Assembly (NCBI GenBank): GCA_032654565.1
Contig: JAULAX010000015.1
Location: forward strand, 672,001 to 736,000
Direction: 5' to 3'
From: Anaeromyxobacteraceae bacterium
GTDB taxonomy: Bacteria > Myxococcota > Myxococcia > Myxococcales > Anaeromyxobacteraceae
DNA: 64,000 nucleotides
Positions 23,950-37,060 of this stretch are shown one piece after another (position 1 is the first letter of the stretch; each line of letters starts with the position of its first letter). The translations under genes and the position numbers were made by a program. The notes under the pieces were generated by a model. The model was given only the letters and a program-made list of their open reading frames with translations. It searched no databases and had not been told where the DNA came from.

Positions 23950-25960
23950 CTACTTCGCGCCGGCCAGCTTCCGGTCGATGACCGCCTTCAGGGTCTCGAA
24001 GGGGACCGCCCCGACCACCAGCTCGCCGTTGACCGCCATGGTGGGGGTGCCGTCGATGCCGAGGCGCGAGGCCAGCTGGTCGTCCTCGGTGACCCGGGCC
24101 TTGAGCTTCTCGCTGGCCTGGGCGGCCTTGAAGCGGGGCAGGTCGAGCCCCAGCTCGCGCGCCCAGCGCTCGTAGGAGGCGGGCGAGAGCTCCTGCTGGG
24201 CGGCGAACATCTTGTCGTGCATGGGCCAGAACTTGCCCTGCTCGCGCGCCGCCTCGGCGGCCAGCGCCGCCGGCACGGCGTTGGGGTGGAAGGGGAGGGG
24301 CTTGTGCTTCCAGGCGATCCGCACCTTGGGGCCGTAGGCCTGCTCCACCTGCTTGAGCGTCGGCTCGACGCGCGAGCAGTAGGGGCACTGGAAGTCGGAG
24401 AAGACCACCACCGTCACCGGGGCCCGGGGGTTCCCCTTGACCGGGTCGTCGGGGCGCAGCGTGACCTCCACCGCCTTGCCGGGGGCCGGCGCCGCGGCCG
24501 CCGCGGGGGCCGCGGCCGGGGGCCGAGGCCAGGTTGGCGTCGCAGGCGGCGTCGTAGAGCGCCGCGCCGCGCTTGCCACCCTTGGCCAGCAGCGCCTCGA
24601 CCTTCTTCAGCTCCTCCTCGACCACCGGCTTCATGGTCTCGAATGGGACGGCGCCGACCACCTGCCGGCAGTTGAAGAACATGTTGGGCGTGCCGTTGGC
24701 CCCCACCGCGGCGGCCAGCTTCTGGTCCTCGTCCACCCGGGCCTTGGCGCCCGGGCCGGCGCTGGCGGCCTTGAAGCGGCGCAGGTCGAGCCGCGCGGCC
24801 ACCGCCGCCTTCTCCAGGTCGGCCGGCGAGAGGGCCTGCTGGTTCTGCATGAGCAGGTCGTGGAAGGGCCAGAACTTGCCCTGCTCGCGCGCCGCCTCGG
24901 AGGCCAGCGCCGCCGGCATGGCGTTCGGGTGCATGGGCAGCGGCTGGTGCTTCCAGACCACCCGGACCTGCCCCTTGAAGGCCTCCTCGACCTGCTTGAG
25001 CGTCGGCTCGACCCGGCCGCAGAACGGGCACTGGAAGTCGGAGAAGAGGACGATGGTCAGCCTGGCGTCGGCCGGGCCGCGGGCCGGATCATCGGCGCGG
25101 ACCGTCACCTTCTTGTAGTTGCTGGGAGGCGGCCCCTGCGGCGCGGGCGGCGGCGTCGGCGCGCCGGGCGCGGCGGCCGGGGCGGGGACGTTGATCACCA
25201 CCGGGGCGGTGGCGGCCCCCTGCAGCACCCGGGCGTAGACCTCGCCGGCCGGCGTGCCGGCGGCCACCAGGGCCTCGGCCTTCTTCAGCTCCTCCTCGAC
25301 CACCACCCGGAAGTTCTCGAAGGGCTGGGCGCCCGACACCTTGCGGCCGTTGATGAAGAAGGCCGGGGTCCCGCTGGCGCCGAGCGAGGTGACCAGCGCC
25401 TGGTCGCGGCGGATGCGCGGCTCGGCGGCCTTGCCGGTCAGCGCCTCGCGGAAGCGGTTGAGGTCGAGGCCGATGGCGGTGGCCGCCTGCTCCAGGGCGG
25501 CCTGGTCCAGCGCCGGCGCCGAGTCGAAGAGCCGGTCGTGCATGGCCCAGAAGCCGGCCTCGCCCTTCTGCTCGCGGGCCGCCTCGGCGGCCAGCGCCGC
25601 GGGGAGGGCGCGCTGGTGGAAGGGGAGCGGGTTGTGCTTGAAGGCCCAGCGCAGCTTGCCGGGGAAGGCCTCGTCGAGCTGCTTGAGCGTCGGGCCGACC
25701 CGCTTGCAGAAGGGGCACTCGAAGTCGCTCGACTCGACGATGGTCACCAGCGCCGCGGCCGGGCCGCGGGTGGGCGAGTCGTCGACCGGCACCCGGTAGA
25801 CCGCCTTGGGGTCCTCCTGGGGGCGGGTGGGGCGCGGCGCCGGGGCGGCGGCGGCGGGAGGCTGGGCCGAGGGCCGGCCTGGGCCGGTGAGCGCCGACTT
25901 GGTGGTGAAGCCGATGGCGAGCCCGACCACGAGGGCGAGGATCCAGCTGACGTGCTTCAT
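23950..25960 (-). CDS. Triple-domain DsbA/thioredoxin_4 protein, split by a frameshift at about 24520
   Basis: SDFECPFC, SDFQCPFC and SDFQCPYC, each with GTP; one extra C in a C-run at 24518-24522 separates domain 3. Confidence 0.85.
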
Positions 25961-26010
25961 GAACCGCTCCTTGTCCAACAAGAGTGAGGAGAAGACGGGT
26001 GCGTGGGCGC

Positions 26011-26508
26011 TCAGAGGCGGAAGGTGCCGCCGCCGCGGAGCATGAAGGGGACGCCGGCCGAGCCGGCCAACGGGATGCCGAAGTCGAGGCCGAGGTCGAA
26101 GGCCAGGGTGGTGCTGAACTGCAGCTGCCAGGCGGCGCCGAAGAGGAGCCAGCGGGTGTGGAGCCCCCCGCCGCGGGCGGTGGAGAGGTCGAGGGCGGCG
26201 CGGAGCCAGACCGGCACGTCGGCCAGGCCGGCGCGCAGCCCGGGCCGGAGGGCGACGCTGGTGCCCGGGGCCACGCCCAGGGCCAGGGCCAGCTCGGGGC
26301 GGAGGCGGGTCGGCTGGTGCTCCCACCCGGCCCCCACCTCCAGCTCCAGCAGCCCGGACTTGCCGCTGGCCAGCCCGGTCTCGCCGCCGACGGCCAGCGA
26401 CCCGGTCACCACCACGCCGGTGGGCGCCGACGGGCCTTCGGCCTGGGCGAGGGCCACGCCGGGGGAGAGCGCCAGCGCACAGAGGCTGAGGAACAGGGGG
26501 GCTCGCAC
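26011..26508 (-). CDS. Exported hypothetical protein, possibly a small outer-membrane beta-barrel
   Basis: Signal peptide (ALA-Q), alternating hydrophobic strands, C-terminal GGTFRL. Confidence 0.6.
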   Translation of the reverse strand: MRAPLFLSLCALALSPGVALAQAEGPSAPTGVVVTGSLAVGGETGLASGKSGLLELEVGAGWEHQPTRLRPELALALGVAPGTSVALRPGLRAGLADVPVWLRAALDLSTARGGGLHTRWLLFGAAWQLQFSTTLAFDLGLDFGIPLAGSAGVPFMLRGGGTFRL

Positions 26509-26611
26509 GGTGGGCGGGAGAGTACCCTTGGGGTGCCGGTGGGGCAAGGCGACGGAAGGGCGCGGGCGAGGAGGTTGCCGCGGCGGCGGCGAGCCGCTAT
26601 GTGGGGCCCCG

Positions 26612-26893
26612 ATGACGTCGCCCCCGCCGCTGCCCGAGCCGGTCCAGATCCTCGACACCTCGGGGCTGCTCTGCCCCATCCCCATCGTCCGGACCGCGGC
26701 GGCGGTGAAGGGGCTCCGCGACGGCGACGTGCTGCTGGTGATCGCCACCGACGCCGGGATCGCCACCGACATGCCCATGTGGTGCCGGGCCATGCGCCAC
26801 GAGCACCTGGCCACCTTCAAGGACGGTCCAAGCTGGAAGAGCTACCTGCGCAAGCGGCCGCGGACGCCGCGGGGCGTGGAGGGAGCACCATGA
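26612..26893 (+). CDS. TusA/SirA-family sulfur carrier
   Basis: LDTSGLLCPIP motif, LLVIATD. Confidence 0.88.
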   Translation: MTSPPPLPEPVQILDTSGLLCPIPIVRTAAAVKGLRDGDVLLVIATDAGIATDMPMWCRAMRHEHLATFKDGPSWKSYLRKRPRTPRGVEGAP

Positions 26894-27951
26894 AGAAGCC
26901 GGGCAAGGCCATCGCCATGATCTCCGGCGGCCTCGACTCCACGCTGGCCCTGGCCATGGTCCGGGCCCAGGGGATCGAGATCAAGGCCATCAACTTCTAC
27001 ACCGGCTTCTGCATCACCGAGACGCAGCGGCGCAAGGGCGGACGCCAGGACGGCACCATGCCGCAGAACGAGGCGCTGCGCGCCGCCGCCGACCTGGAGA
27101 TCGAGATCGAGTACATCGACATCTCCGGCCAGCAGTACCTCGACATGATCCTCAACCCCAAGTACGGGTATGGGGCCAACGCCAACCCCTGCGTCGACTG
27201 CCGCATCTTCATGATGAAGAAGGCCAAGGAGGTCATGGAGCGCGAGGGGGCCGACTTCATCTTCACCGGCGAGGTGCTGGGGCAGCGCCCCAAGAGCCAG
27301 CGGCGCGACACCCTGTGGGCCATCGAGAAGGAGTCGGGGCTGAAGGGGCGGCTGGTCCGGCCGCTCTCGGCCAAGCTGCTGCCGCCCTCGATCCCGGAGC
27401 TGGAGGGGATCCTCGACCGCGACAAGCTCGGCGACCTGAGCGGCCGGGGGCGGATCCGGCAGATCGCCATGGCCAAGGAGATGGGGCTGGTCGAGTGGCC
27501 GCAGCCGGCCGGCGGCTGCTGCTTCCTCACCGACGAGAGCTTCTCCCGGAAGTTCTTCGACATCCTCGGGCAGCGCGAGGCGGCCGGCCTGCCGCGCAGC
27601 ATCGACCGCGACGACGTGGTGCTGATGACCACCGGCCGCCACTTCCGGCTCTCGCCCACGGTGAAGCTGATGGTGGGGCGCACCGAGGTGGAGAACGGCA
27701 CGCTGGAGAGCTACGCAGGGGACTCGCGGTCGCGGCTGGTGGCGAAGGCCCACGCCGGCCCGGTGGCGCTGGTGGAGGGGGTGGCCACCTGGGAGGAGCG
27801 GCGGCTGGCCGCCGGCATCGTGGCCCGCTACGGCAAGGGGAAGGACCAGCCGCTGGTGGAGATGGAGTGGCGGGATCCCGACGGCGGCGTCGAGCTGCTG
27901 GAGGTGGAGCCGGAGCGGGACGAGGCGCGGGTGGAGTCGCTGAGGATCTGA
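26890..27951 (+). CDS. PP-loop tRNA thiolation enzyme (ThiI/MnmA-like, DUF814-type C-terminus)
   Basis: SGGLDS PP-loop, NPCVDCRIFM, TGEVLGQRPKSQ, PAGGCC; ATGA-coupled to the TusA-like gene. Confidence 0.82.
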   Translation: MKKPGKAIAMISGGLDSTLALAMVRAQGIEIKAINFYTGFCITETQRRKGGRQDGTMPQNEALRAAADLEIEIEYIDISGQQYLDMILNPKYGYGANANPCVDCRIFMMKKAKEVMEREGADFIFTGEVLGQRPKSQRRDTLWAIEKESGLKGRLVRPLSAKLLPPSIPELEGILDRDKLGDLSGRGRIRQIAMAKEMGLVEWPQPAGGCCFLTDESFSRKFFDILGQREAAGLPRSIDRDDVVLMTTGRHFRLSPTVKLMVGRTEVENGTLESYAGDSRSRLVAKAHAGPVALVEGVATWEERRLAAGIVARYGKGKDQPLVEMEWRDPDGGVELLEVEPERDEARVESLRI

Positions 27952-27994
27952 GCCCGGACGTCCCTCGGGGCACACCCGCTTGCTGGCGCACCGA

Positions 27995-28007
27995 CATACG
28001 TTGTATG
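27995..28007. promoter_or_regulatory. Palindromic operator of the toxin-antitoxin operon
   Basis: CATAC-GTT-GTATG just upstream of the antitoxin ATG. Confidence 0.5.
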
Positions 28008-28016
28008 ACTAAGGGC

Positions 28017-28271
28017 ATGGCCACCAAGGACGTCATCATCCCGGTCCGCGTCACCCGGGCCGATCGGGATCTCCTGAAGCGCATGGCGCCGGGCGGGTCG
28101 GTGTCCGCCTGGCTGCGCGAGCTGGCGATCTCCGCCGCTCGCAAGCGGCGGGCGGTCGTCGACCTGGCGCGGCTGCTCGACGCGGGCAAGGCGGACGGAG
28201 ACATGACCGACGAGGAGGCGGGGGAGCTGGCCGCCGAGGCGAAGCGCGAGGTGCGGAGCCGCCGCCGGTGA
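28017..28271 (+). CDS. Putative antitoxin (RHH-like)
   Basis: 84 aa, beta-helix-helix-like N-terminus (VIIPVRV...SVSAWLRELA), GTGA overlap with the PIN gene. Confidence 0.7.
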   Translation: MATKDVIIPVRVTRADRDLLKRMAPGGSVSAWLRELAISAARKRRAVVDLARLLDAGKADGDMTDEEAGELAAEAKREVRSRRR

Positions 28272-28696
28272 TCCGCGCCGTCATCGACACCAACGTGGTG
28301 GTGAGCGGCATCCTCAACCGGGCCGGCGTGCCGGCGGCCGTGCTCAGGGCGGCCGGGCTCCGCTACGAGCTGGTGTGGACGCCGGCCATCGCCGTGGAGT
28401 GTCGTCGCATCCTCGACCTGCCTCGCATCCTGAAGCGGCTGAAGGGGCGGGAGACGCAGGCCCGACAGGTGCTCGCCAGGCTGGCGACCATCGCCACCAT
28501 GGTGCCGGCCGAGCTGCTCGGCGAGGTGCGCGTCGTCAAGGAGGACCCCGACGACGATGTCCTCTTCGCGACGGCGCTGGCCGCCGGTGCCCGGACCGTC
28601 GTGAGCGGCGACGCGGCGGTGCTCGCCGTCGGCGACTTCGCGGGCGTCATGGTGGTCAGCGCCACCGAGTTCCTGGCGACGCTCGGCGAGGCCTGA
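28268..28696 (+). CDS. PIN-domain toxin (TIGR00305/PIN_3-like)
   Basis: VIDTNVVVSG, DPDDD and VVSGD acidic motifs. Confidence 0.88.
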   Translation: MIRAVIDTNVVVSGILNRAGVPAAVLRAAGLRYELVWTPAIAVECRRILDLPRILKRLKGRETQARQVLARLATIATMVPAELLGEVRVVKEDPDDDVLFATALAAGARTVVSGDAAVLAVGDFAGVMVVSATEFLATLGEA

Positions 28697-28831
28697 CCGG
28701 CCATCGGGCGCCGTCCGCGGGGGGCCAGGTCATCCAACCCACCGTGTCCATGCCGTCGCCGCGCCCAGGGCGGCGCTCCCAGGCCGGGGAGAGGACTTCC
28801 GTCCCGTCCCGGTCCGATCAACCATGTCGGC

Positions 28832-31054
28832 GTGGAGGGACGGGGACCACGCGCCTGGCGCGCCGCGGAGCTCTGGGGGGGCCTGGCAGGCATGCTGGTG
28901 GCCCTGCCCGGCGCGGTCGCCTATGGCCTGATCATCTTCGCACCGCTGGGGCCGGGGGCGGCGGCCATGGGGGCGCTGGCTGGCGCCTCGGGGGCGGTGG
29001 CGCTGGGGCTGGTGGCCGGTCTGCTGGGCGGCACCCGCGGGCTGGTCTCGGCCCCCTGCGGCCCGGCGGCGGCGCTGCTGGCGGCGCTGGTGGTGGAGTG
29101 GATGGGGCCGGGCGGGGTGACGCCCGCCGAGGTGCCGGCGCTCCTGGCGGTGGTGGTGGTGCTGGCCGGGCTGCTGCAGGTCCTCATCGGCCTGGTGGGC
29201 GGGGGCCGGCTCATCAAGTACATCCCCTACCCGGTGGTGGCCGGCTACCTCTCCGCCGCCGGCGTGCTGGTGCTCCTCAAGCAGCTGCCGCTGCTGGTCG
29301 GCGCCCGGGCCGACGGCCTGGGGCCGGTGCTGGCCGGGCCCTCCGCCTGGAACGTCACCGCGCTGGCGGTCGGGGCCGCCACCATCGCCGGCACGCTGCT
29401 GGCGGGGCGGCTCAAGAGCCCGATCCCGCCCACCATCGTCGGCCTGCTGGCCGGGGTGGCCGCCTTCCTGCTGCTGGCGCTGCGGGCCGGGGGGGTGCTG
29501 GCCACCGGCGGGGGCGGGCTGGTCGCGGCGGCCGCCAGCGGGCTGGTGGTCGGGCCCATGCCCAGCCCCATCCCGGCGCTGACCGCCGTGGGGGCCCGCT
29601 TCCAGGCGGCGGCGGCCCTGCCGCTCGACCACCTGCTGCTGGCCCTGCCGCCGGCGCTGACCCTGGCGGTGCTGCTCTCCATCGACACCCTCAAGACCTG
29701 CGTGATGGCCGACGCCCTGACCCAGAAGCACCACGACTCGGATCGCGAGCTGCGGGCCCAGGGGTTCGGCAACCTGGCGGCGGCGCTCTGCGGGGGCGCG
29801 CCCGGGTCGGGGGTGAGCGGCGCCACCCTCGTCAACCTCGCATCCGGCGGCACCACCTACCGGACCGGGGCCCTGGCCGGTGGCTTCGCCCTGGTGGCCC
29901 TGCTGCTGCTGGCGCCGGTCATCGCCTGGGTGCCGGTGGCGGCGCTGGCCGGCGTGCTGGTGGTGGTGGCCTTCCGGATGTTCGACTGGGAGAGCCTGCG
30001 GCTCTGGCTCCACCCCGCCACCGTCCTCGACGCCTTCGTGGTCTGGGGGGTGATCGGCGCGGCGGCCGCCTCCAACCTGATGGTGGCGGCCGGCGTCGGC
30101 GTCGCCCTCTCCATCCTGCTCTTCCTGCGCGAGCAGGTGCGCAGCCCGGTGGTGGCGCGCCACGGCCTCGGCGACCAGCGCCGCTCCAAGACCCGCCGCC
30201 GCACCCGCGAGGCGGCGGTGCTGGCCGAGCACGGCGCCAGGCTGGCCATCTTCGAGCTGCAGGGGAACCTCTTCTTCGGCACCACCGACCAGCTGCTCGG
30301 CGAGCTGGAGCCCCACCTCAAGACCAGCGAGCTGGTGGTGCTCGACCTGCGGCGGGTCCGCTCCATCGACCTGACCGCGGCGCGGATGCTGGTCCAGGTG
30401 GAGAACCGCCTGGCCTCCCACGGCGGGGCGCTGGTGCTCTCCGGCGGCCTGGCCAGCCCGGCCGCCGAGCGGCTCGACAGGATGCTCCGCCAGGTGGGGC
30501 TGCTGGGCGGCGCCCGCCAGGTGCAGGCCTTCGACGACCTCGACGCGGCGCTGGCCTGGTCGGAGGACCAGCTGCTGGCCCGCCACCTCGTCGACCCCAC
30601 CCCGGAGCGGGCCCTGGCGCTCAGCGAGATGGAGGTGCTCAAGGGGCTGCCGCCGGCCGGGCTGGCGGCGCTGGAGCCGCTGGTGGAGATCCGCCGCTTC
30701 GCCGCCGGCCAGTCGCTCTTCCAGCGCGGCGAGGAGGGGCACGAGATCTTCTTCTTGCGGCGCGGCCGGATCCGCATCGCCGCCACCCTGGCCCGGGGCG
30801 GCACCGCCCACATCGCCACCTTCTGCCGCGGCGACTTCCTCGGCGACATGGCTTTCCTCGACGGCCGCCCCCGCTCCGCCGACGCCGTGGCGGTGACCGA
30901 CGCCGAGGCCTTCGTGATCAGCCGGGCGGCGCTGGGCCAGGCGGTGGCCTCCGACCCGGTCTTCGGCGCCCGCTTCTTCGAGGAGCTGGGGCGGGCGCTG
31001 GCGGCGCGGCTGCGGGCCACCGGCGACGTCATCCGCGGGCTCCAGGAGGGTTGA
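28832..31054 (+). CDS. SulP/SLC26 anion transporter with STAS and cyclic-nucleotide-binding domains
   Basis: IKYIPYPVVAGY, ELRAQGFGN, LQGNLFFG (STAS), FLGDMAFLDGRPRSADA (cNMP-binding). Confidence 0.9.
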   Translation: MEGRGPRAWRAAELWGGLAGMLVALPGAVAYGLIIFAPLGPGAAAMGALAGASGAVALGLVAGLLGGTRGLVSAPCGPAAALLAALVVEWMGPGGVTPAEVPALLAVVVVLAGLLQVLIGLVGGGRLIKYIPYPVVAGYLSAAGVLVLLKQLPLLVGARADGLGPVLAGPSAWNVTALAVGAATIAGTLLAGRLKSPIPPTIVGLLAGVAAFLLLALRAGGVLATGGGGLVAAAASGLVVGPMPSPIPALTAVGARFQAAAALPLDHLLLALPPALTLAVLLSIDTLKTCVMADALTQKHHDSDRELRAQGFGNLAAALCGGAPGSGVSGATLVNLASGGTTYRTGALAGGFALVALLLLAPVIAWVPVAALAGVLVVVAFRMFDWESLRLWLHPATVLDAFVVWGVIGAAAASNLMVAAGVGVALSILLFLREQVRSPVVARHGLGDQRRSKTRRRTREAAVLAEHGARLAIFELQGNLFFGTTDQLLGELEPHLKTSELVVLDLRRVRSIDLTAARMLVQVENRLASHGGALVLSGGLASPAAERLDRMLRQVGLLGGARQVQAFDDLDAALAWSEDQLLARHLVDPTPERALALSEMEVLKGLPPAGLAALEPLVEIRRFAAGQSLFQRGEEGHEIFFLRRGRIRIAATLARGGTAHIATFCRGDFLGDMAFLDGRPRSADAVAVTDAEAFVISRAALGQAVASDPVFGARFFEELGRALAARLRATGDVIRGLQEG

Positions 31055-31118
31055 CCAGGAGTCGCGCCAGGAGAACACGTCCCTCGGAACGCGGTAGGCT
31101 CCGGCGCGGAGGTGGGTC

Positions 31119-33962
<2,844 letters not shown>

Positions 33963-34045
33963 GCGGGACCGGGGGCGGGCCGGACCGGCCACGACTTTGA
34001 TCCGGGCCCGGGCTTGAGGCAGACTGCCCGGACCCGCTCCCCCCC

Positions 34046-35287
34046 ATGGCACCTCGACCGACCCTCATCTCGCTGGCCCTCGCCGCCGGCTGCACGCTGG
34101 CCCTGGCGACGGCGCTGGCGCAGTCGCCCCCCGAGGCTTCTCCGGATGCCACGGCCGCCGCCTCCCCGGCCGCGCCGGTGCCGCCGGCCCGACCCCGCGC
34201 CGCCGCGGTGCTGGGGGTCCGCCACCTCGACGCCGCCACCGGCCGCTACCAGGCCAGCTACGGCGACGGCGAGGCGGTGCTGACGCTCGACGCCCGGCTG
34301 CAGAAGCGGCTGGAGCGGACCCTGGCCGACTGGAACGCCGCCTACGCCGCCACCGTGCTGCTCGACCCGCGCACCGGCCGGGTGCTGGCCATGGCCGAGC
34401 ACTCCCGCGCCGAGCCCGGCGCCCGGGACCTCGCGCTCAAGGCCCTCTCGCCGGCCGCCTCCATCTTCAAGATCATCACCGCGGCCGCCCTGCTGGAGCA
34501 GGGCTACTCGCCGGAGGAGCCGGTCTGCTTCCACGGCGGCAACCACCGGCTGGCGCCGCGCATGCTGGCCGACGACTGGCGCCGGGACAACGCCTGCCTG
34601 CCCCTCGCCACCGCCTTCGGCCACAGCGCCAACGTGGTCTTCGCCAAGCTGGCCGACCGCGGCCTGACGCCGGAGGTGCTGCGGGCCACCGCCGACCGCT
34701 TCCTCTTCAACGCCACCATCCCGTTCCCCTCCCCGGTGGAGCCCTCGCGCGCCGAGATCCCCGCCGACCGCTTCGGCCTCGCCAACACCGCCGCCGGCTT
34801 TGGCGAGGTGCGGCTCTCGGCGCTGCACGCCGCCATGCTGGGCGCGGTGGTGGCCAACCGCGGGGTGCTGGTGCCGCCCTGGGTGGTGGAGCTGGTGCAG
34901 GGGAGCGAGCCGGCGCCGCCGCTGGCCGAGCCCATGCGGATCATCGACGAGCGGGTGGCCGAGGCGCTGGGCGCCATGATGCGCGAGACGGTGACCCGGG
35001 GCACGGCCCAGAAGGCCTTCGCCCGGCCGCCGCGGGAGCTGCGCGGCGTCAAGGTGGCCGGCAAGACCGGGTCGCTCAACGAGCAGCGGCCCTTCCGCGA
35101 CCACACCTGGTTCGTCGGCTACGCCCCGGCGGAGAACCCGCAGGTGGTGGTGGCCAGCGTGGTGGTCAACGGGCCGCTCTGGCGGGTGCGCGCCCCCTGG
35201 GTGGCGCGCGAGGCGCTGGCCGCCTACTTCGCCGACCACGTCGCCGAGGCGACCGTGGTCGAGCCGCGCCGGCTCGCCGCCCGCTGA
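34046..35287 (+). CDS. Penicillin-binding transpeptidase-domain protein, exported
   Basis: SxxK (SIFK), SxN (SAN) and KTG motifs; HTWFVGYAP. Confidence 0.87.
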   Translation: MAPRPTLISLALAAGCTLALATALAQSPPEASPDATAAASPAAPVPPARPRAAAVLGVRHLDAATGRYQASYGDGEAVLTLDARLQKRLERTLADWNAAYAATVLLDPRTGRVLAMAEHSRAEPGARDLALKALSPAASIFKIITAAALLEQGYSPEEPVCFHGGNHRLAPRMLADDWRRDNACLPLATAFGHSANVVFAKLADRGLTPEVLRATADRFLFNATIPFPSPVEPSRAEIPADRFGLANTAAGFGEVRLSALHAAMLGAVVANRGVLVPPWVVELVQGSEPAPPLAEPMRIIDERVAEALGAMMRETVTRGTAQKAFARPPRELRGVKVAGKTGSLNEQRPFRDHTWFVGYAPAENPQVVVASVVVNGPLWRVRAPWVAREALAAYFADHVAEATVVEPRRLAAR

Positions 35288-35398
35288 GCTCCGGCCACCG
35301 CGCCCGGCCCACCGCGCCGGCCGCCGTCTCCCGCCCGGCCTTCACCCCCGCGTTCTGGGCTTGCCTCCCCGCCGCGCCGCGGTCATGGTGCGCCCCCT

Positions 35399-35989
35399 AT
35401 GAACAAGATCGTCATCGGCTTCATCGTGGTGGGGCTGATCATGGTGGCCATCCCCATCTCCCTGGCCTGGAGCGGCACCCGCCGCCGGCCGCGGGTGGAG
35501 CGGGTCAACGGCGTGGCCGAGCTGCGCATGCCGAGCGGCCACTGGGCCATCCTCGGGGTGCTGGCCTTCCTGCCCGGCGCCGCCATCACCGGCCTGGCGG
35601 TGGCGGTGGAGTGGGCCCCGGGCGCCGAGGTCGGCCGCTGGATCCTGGCCACCTTCTTCGGGGTGGCCGCCCTGATCGCCAGCGGCTACCTCGTCGCCCT
35701 CGAGGTGCGCGGGCGGCTGCGCTTCAGCGACACCACCATCGAGCGGTTCGGCGCCGTCTCGCACCTCACCGCCCGCTGGGGTGACGTGGAGAAGCTCACC
35801 TTCAACCCCATGAACAACTGGTTCTTCATGACCCTGAAGACCGGCCAGCGGATCTACGTGACCGAGGGGACCAACGGGCTGGCCGACTTCGGCGAGCTGG
35901 CGCTCAAGCACCTCCCGAAGCCGGTGCTGGACGCCAGCCCGGAGGCGGTCGAGGCCCTCGAGGACGCCGCCACCCTGCAGGGGAAGTAG
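35399..35989 (+). CDS. Membrane protein with a PH-like soluble domain
   Basis: Three TM segments followed by RWGDVEKL and a beta-rich tail. Confidence 0.7.
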   Translation: MNKIVIGFIVVGLIMVAIPISLAWSGTRRRPRVERVNGVAELRMPSGHWAILGVLAFLPGAAITGLAVAVEWAPGAEVGRWILATFFGVAALIASGYLVALEVRGRLRFSDTTIERFGAVSHLTARWGDVEKLTFNPMNNWFFMTLKTGQRIYVTEGTNGLADFGELALKHLPKPVLDASPEAVEALEDAATLQGK

Positions 35990-36016
35990 GGACCGCAAGG
36001 ACCGCCCGGGCCCTGG

Positions 36017-36514
36017 TCAGCGCCGCCGCCTCGCCTCGAAGAAGGTGGCCACCGGGACCCCCAGCGCCCGGGCCACGCGCTGCAGCGTCTCGAGCCGCGG
36101 CTGGTGCCGGGCAGCCTCGAGCCGGGCGTAGTTGGAGCGGGCCATCCCGGCCGCGGAGGCCACCGCCATGGCGGTCCGGCCCGACGCCCGGCGGAGCTCC
36201 CGGATGCGGGCGCCGACCGGGCCGGTGGACCTGGACCGCGAGGCGAGCTCCCGCCGGAACGCCGGCTCGCAGGCCGCCAGCACGCGCTCCACCGGGAGGT
36301 CGATGAACTCCCCCCCGCTCAGCCCGAGCACCACCACCCGGGCGTCGGGGCCCGGCTCGGCGAGGAGCCCCCGCCAGCCGGCGCCGAGCCTGGTGAGGGC
36401 CACCCGGTAGGCCTGCCCGCCGCGGAAGCGGAGCTCCAGCTCCCCTCCGCCGGGAGCCACCCTGGCCATGACCAGGTCGAGGCCGCCGGGCTCACGCCAG
36501 AATGGATCGGTCAT
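36017..36514 (-). CDS. XRE-family HTH regulator with an N-terminal DUF2442-like segment
   Basis: GARIRELRRASGRT...MARSNYARLE...PRLETLQRVARALG. Confidence 0.8.
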   Translation of the reverse strand: MTDPFWREPGGLDLVMARVAPGGGELELRFRGGQAYRVALTRLGAGWRGLLAEPGPDARVVVLGLSGGEFIDLPVERVLAACEPAFRRELASRSRSTGPVGARIRELRRASGRTAMAVASAAGMARSNYARLEAARHQPRLETLQRVARALGVPVATFFEARRRR

Positions 36515-36648
36515 GGTTCACGCCCGATGCGGACGCGGAGGGGCGCGGCCCCGGGGTGCCGAGGCATGGTGGAAACTGGACGCGAATCCCGCTCGACCCC
36601 TGGATCGAGAGCTGGATCGAGTGGGCCCGGGGTCACCGACATCGCCTC

Positions 36649-36670
36649 ATGTTATCACGCGTGATAACAT
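36649..36670. promoter_or_regulatory. Perfect 22-bp palindrome, probable operator
   Basis: ATGTTATCACGCGTGATAACAT equals its own reverse complement; upstream of the XRE gene. Confidence 0.7.
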
Positions 36671-36799
36671 CCCGACATCGAGGGGCAGGACCCGAGGGCC
36701 TGCCTGCCTGCTTGCCCGACCGTCGAGCCTGGCGCCCCAGACCGTGGCGCCGGAGCCCGGGGAGCTCACCGCCCCGCAGGCCGGCCTGCCCGGCCCCCC

Positions 36800-37060
36800 C
36801 TACTTCTTGGCCGCCTTCACCTCGATGGTGGCGGCGGTCATGCGGTACTCGATGGTGACCTTCTCGCCCTTCTTGAGCTCGCCGGTCACCTTGGTGTCGG
36901 CGCTGCGGGCGATCTCCCACCGCTCGGTCCCCTTCTGCACCACCACGGTGTCGGCGGTGACCTCGAGCACCGGGCCGGTCACCTGGTAGGTCTTGGGCTG
37001 CGCCGCCTGGGCGGTGGCGGCGAGGGCGGCGAGGGCGAGGACGAGGGCGAGGCGCTTCAT
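36800..37060 (-). CDS. Small exported OB-fold-like protein
   Basis: Signal peptide AQA-A; KTYQVTGPVLEV...KVTIEYRMTA; GGAG RBS. Confidence 0.8.
   Translation of the reverse strand: MKRLALVLALAALAATAQAAQPKTYQVTGPVLEVTADTVVVQKGTERWEIARSADTKVTGELKKGEKVTIEYRMTAATIEVKAAKK

Noticed and set aside
28017..28696. Toxin-antitoxin pair as a marker of a mobile island
   Set aside because: No integrase, transposase, att repeat or clear composition shift around it.
36502..36858. Plus-strand Trp-rich ORF (WIESWIEW)
   Set aside because: Overlaps both flanking minus-strand genes and runs through the operator palindrome; no RBS.
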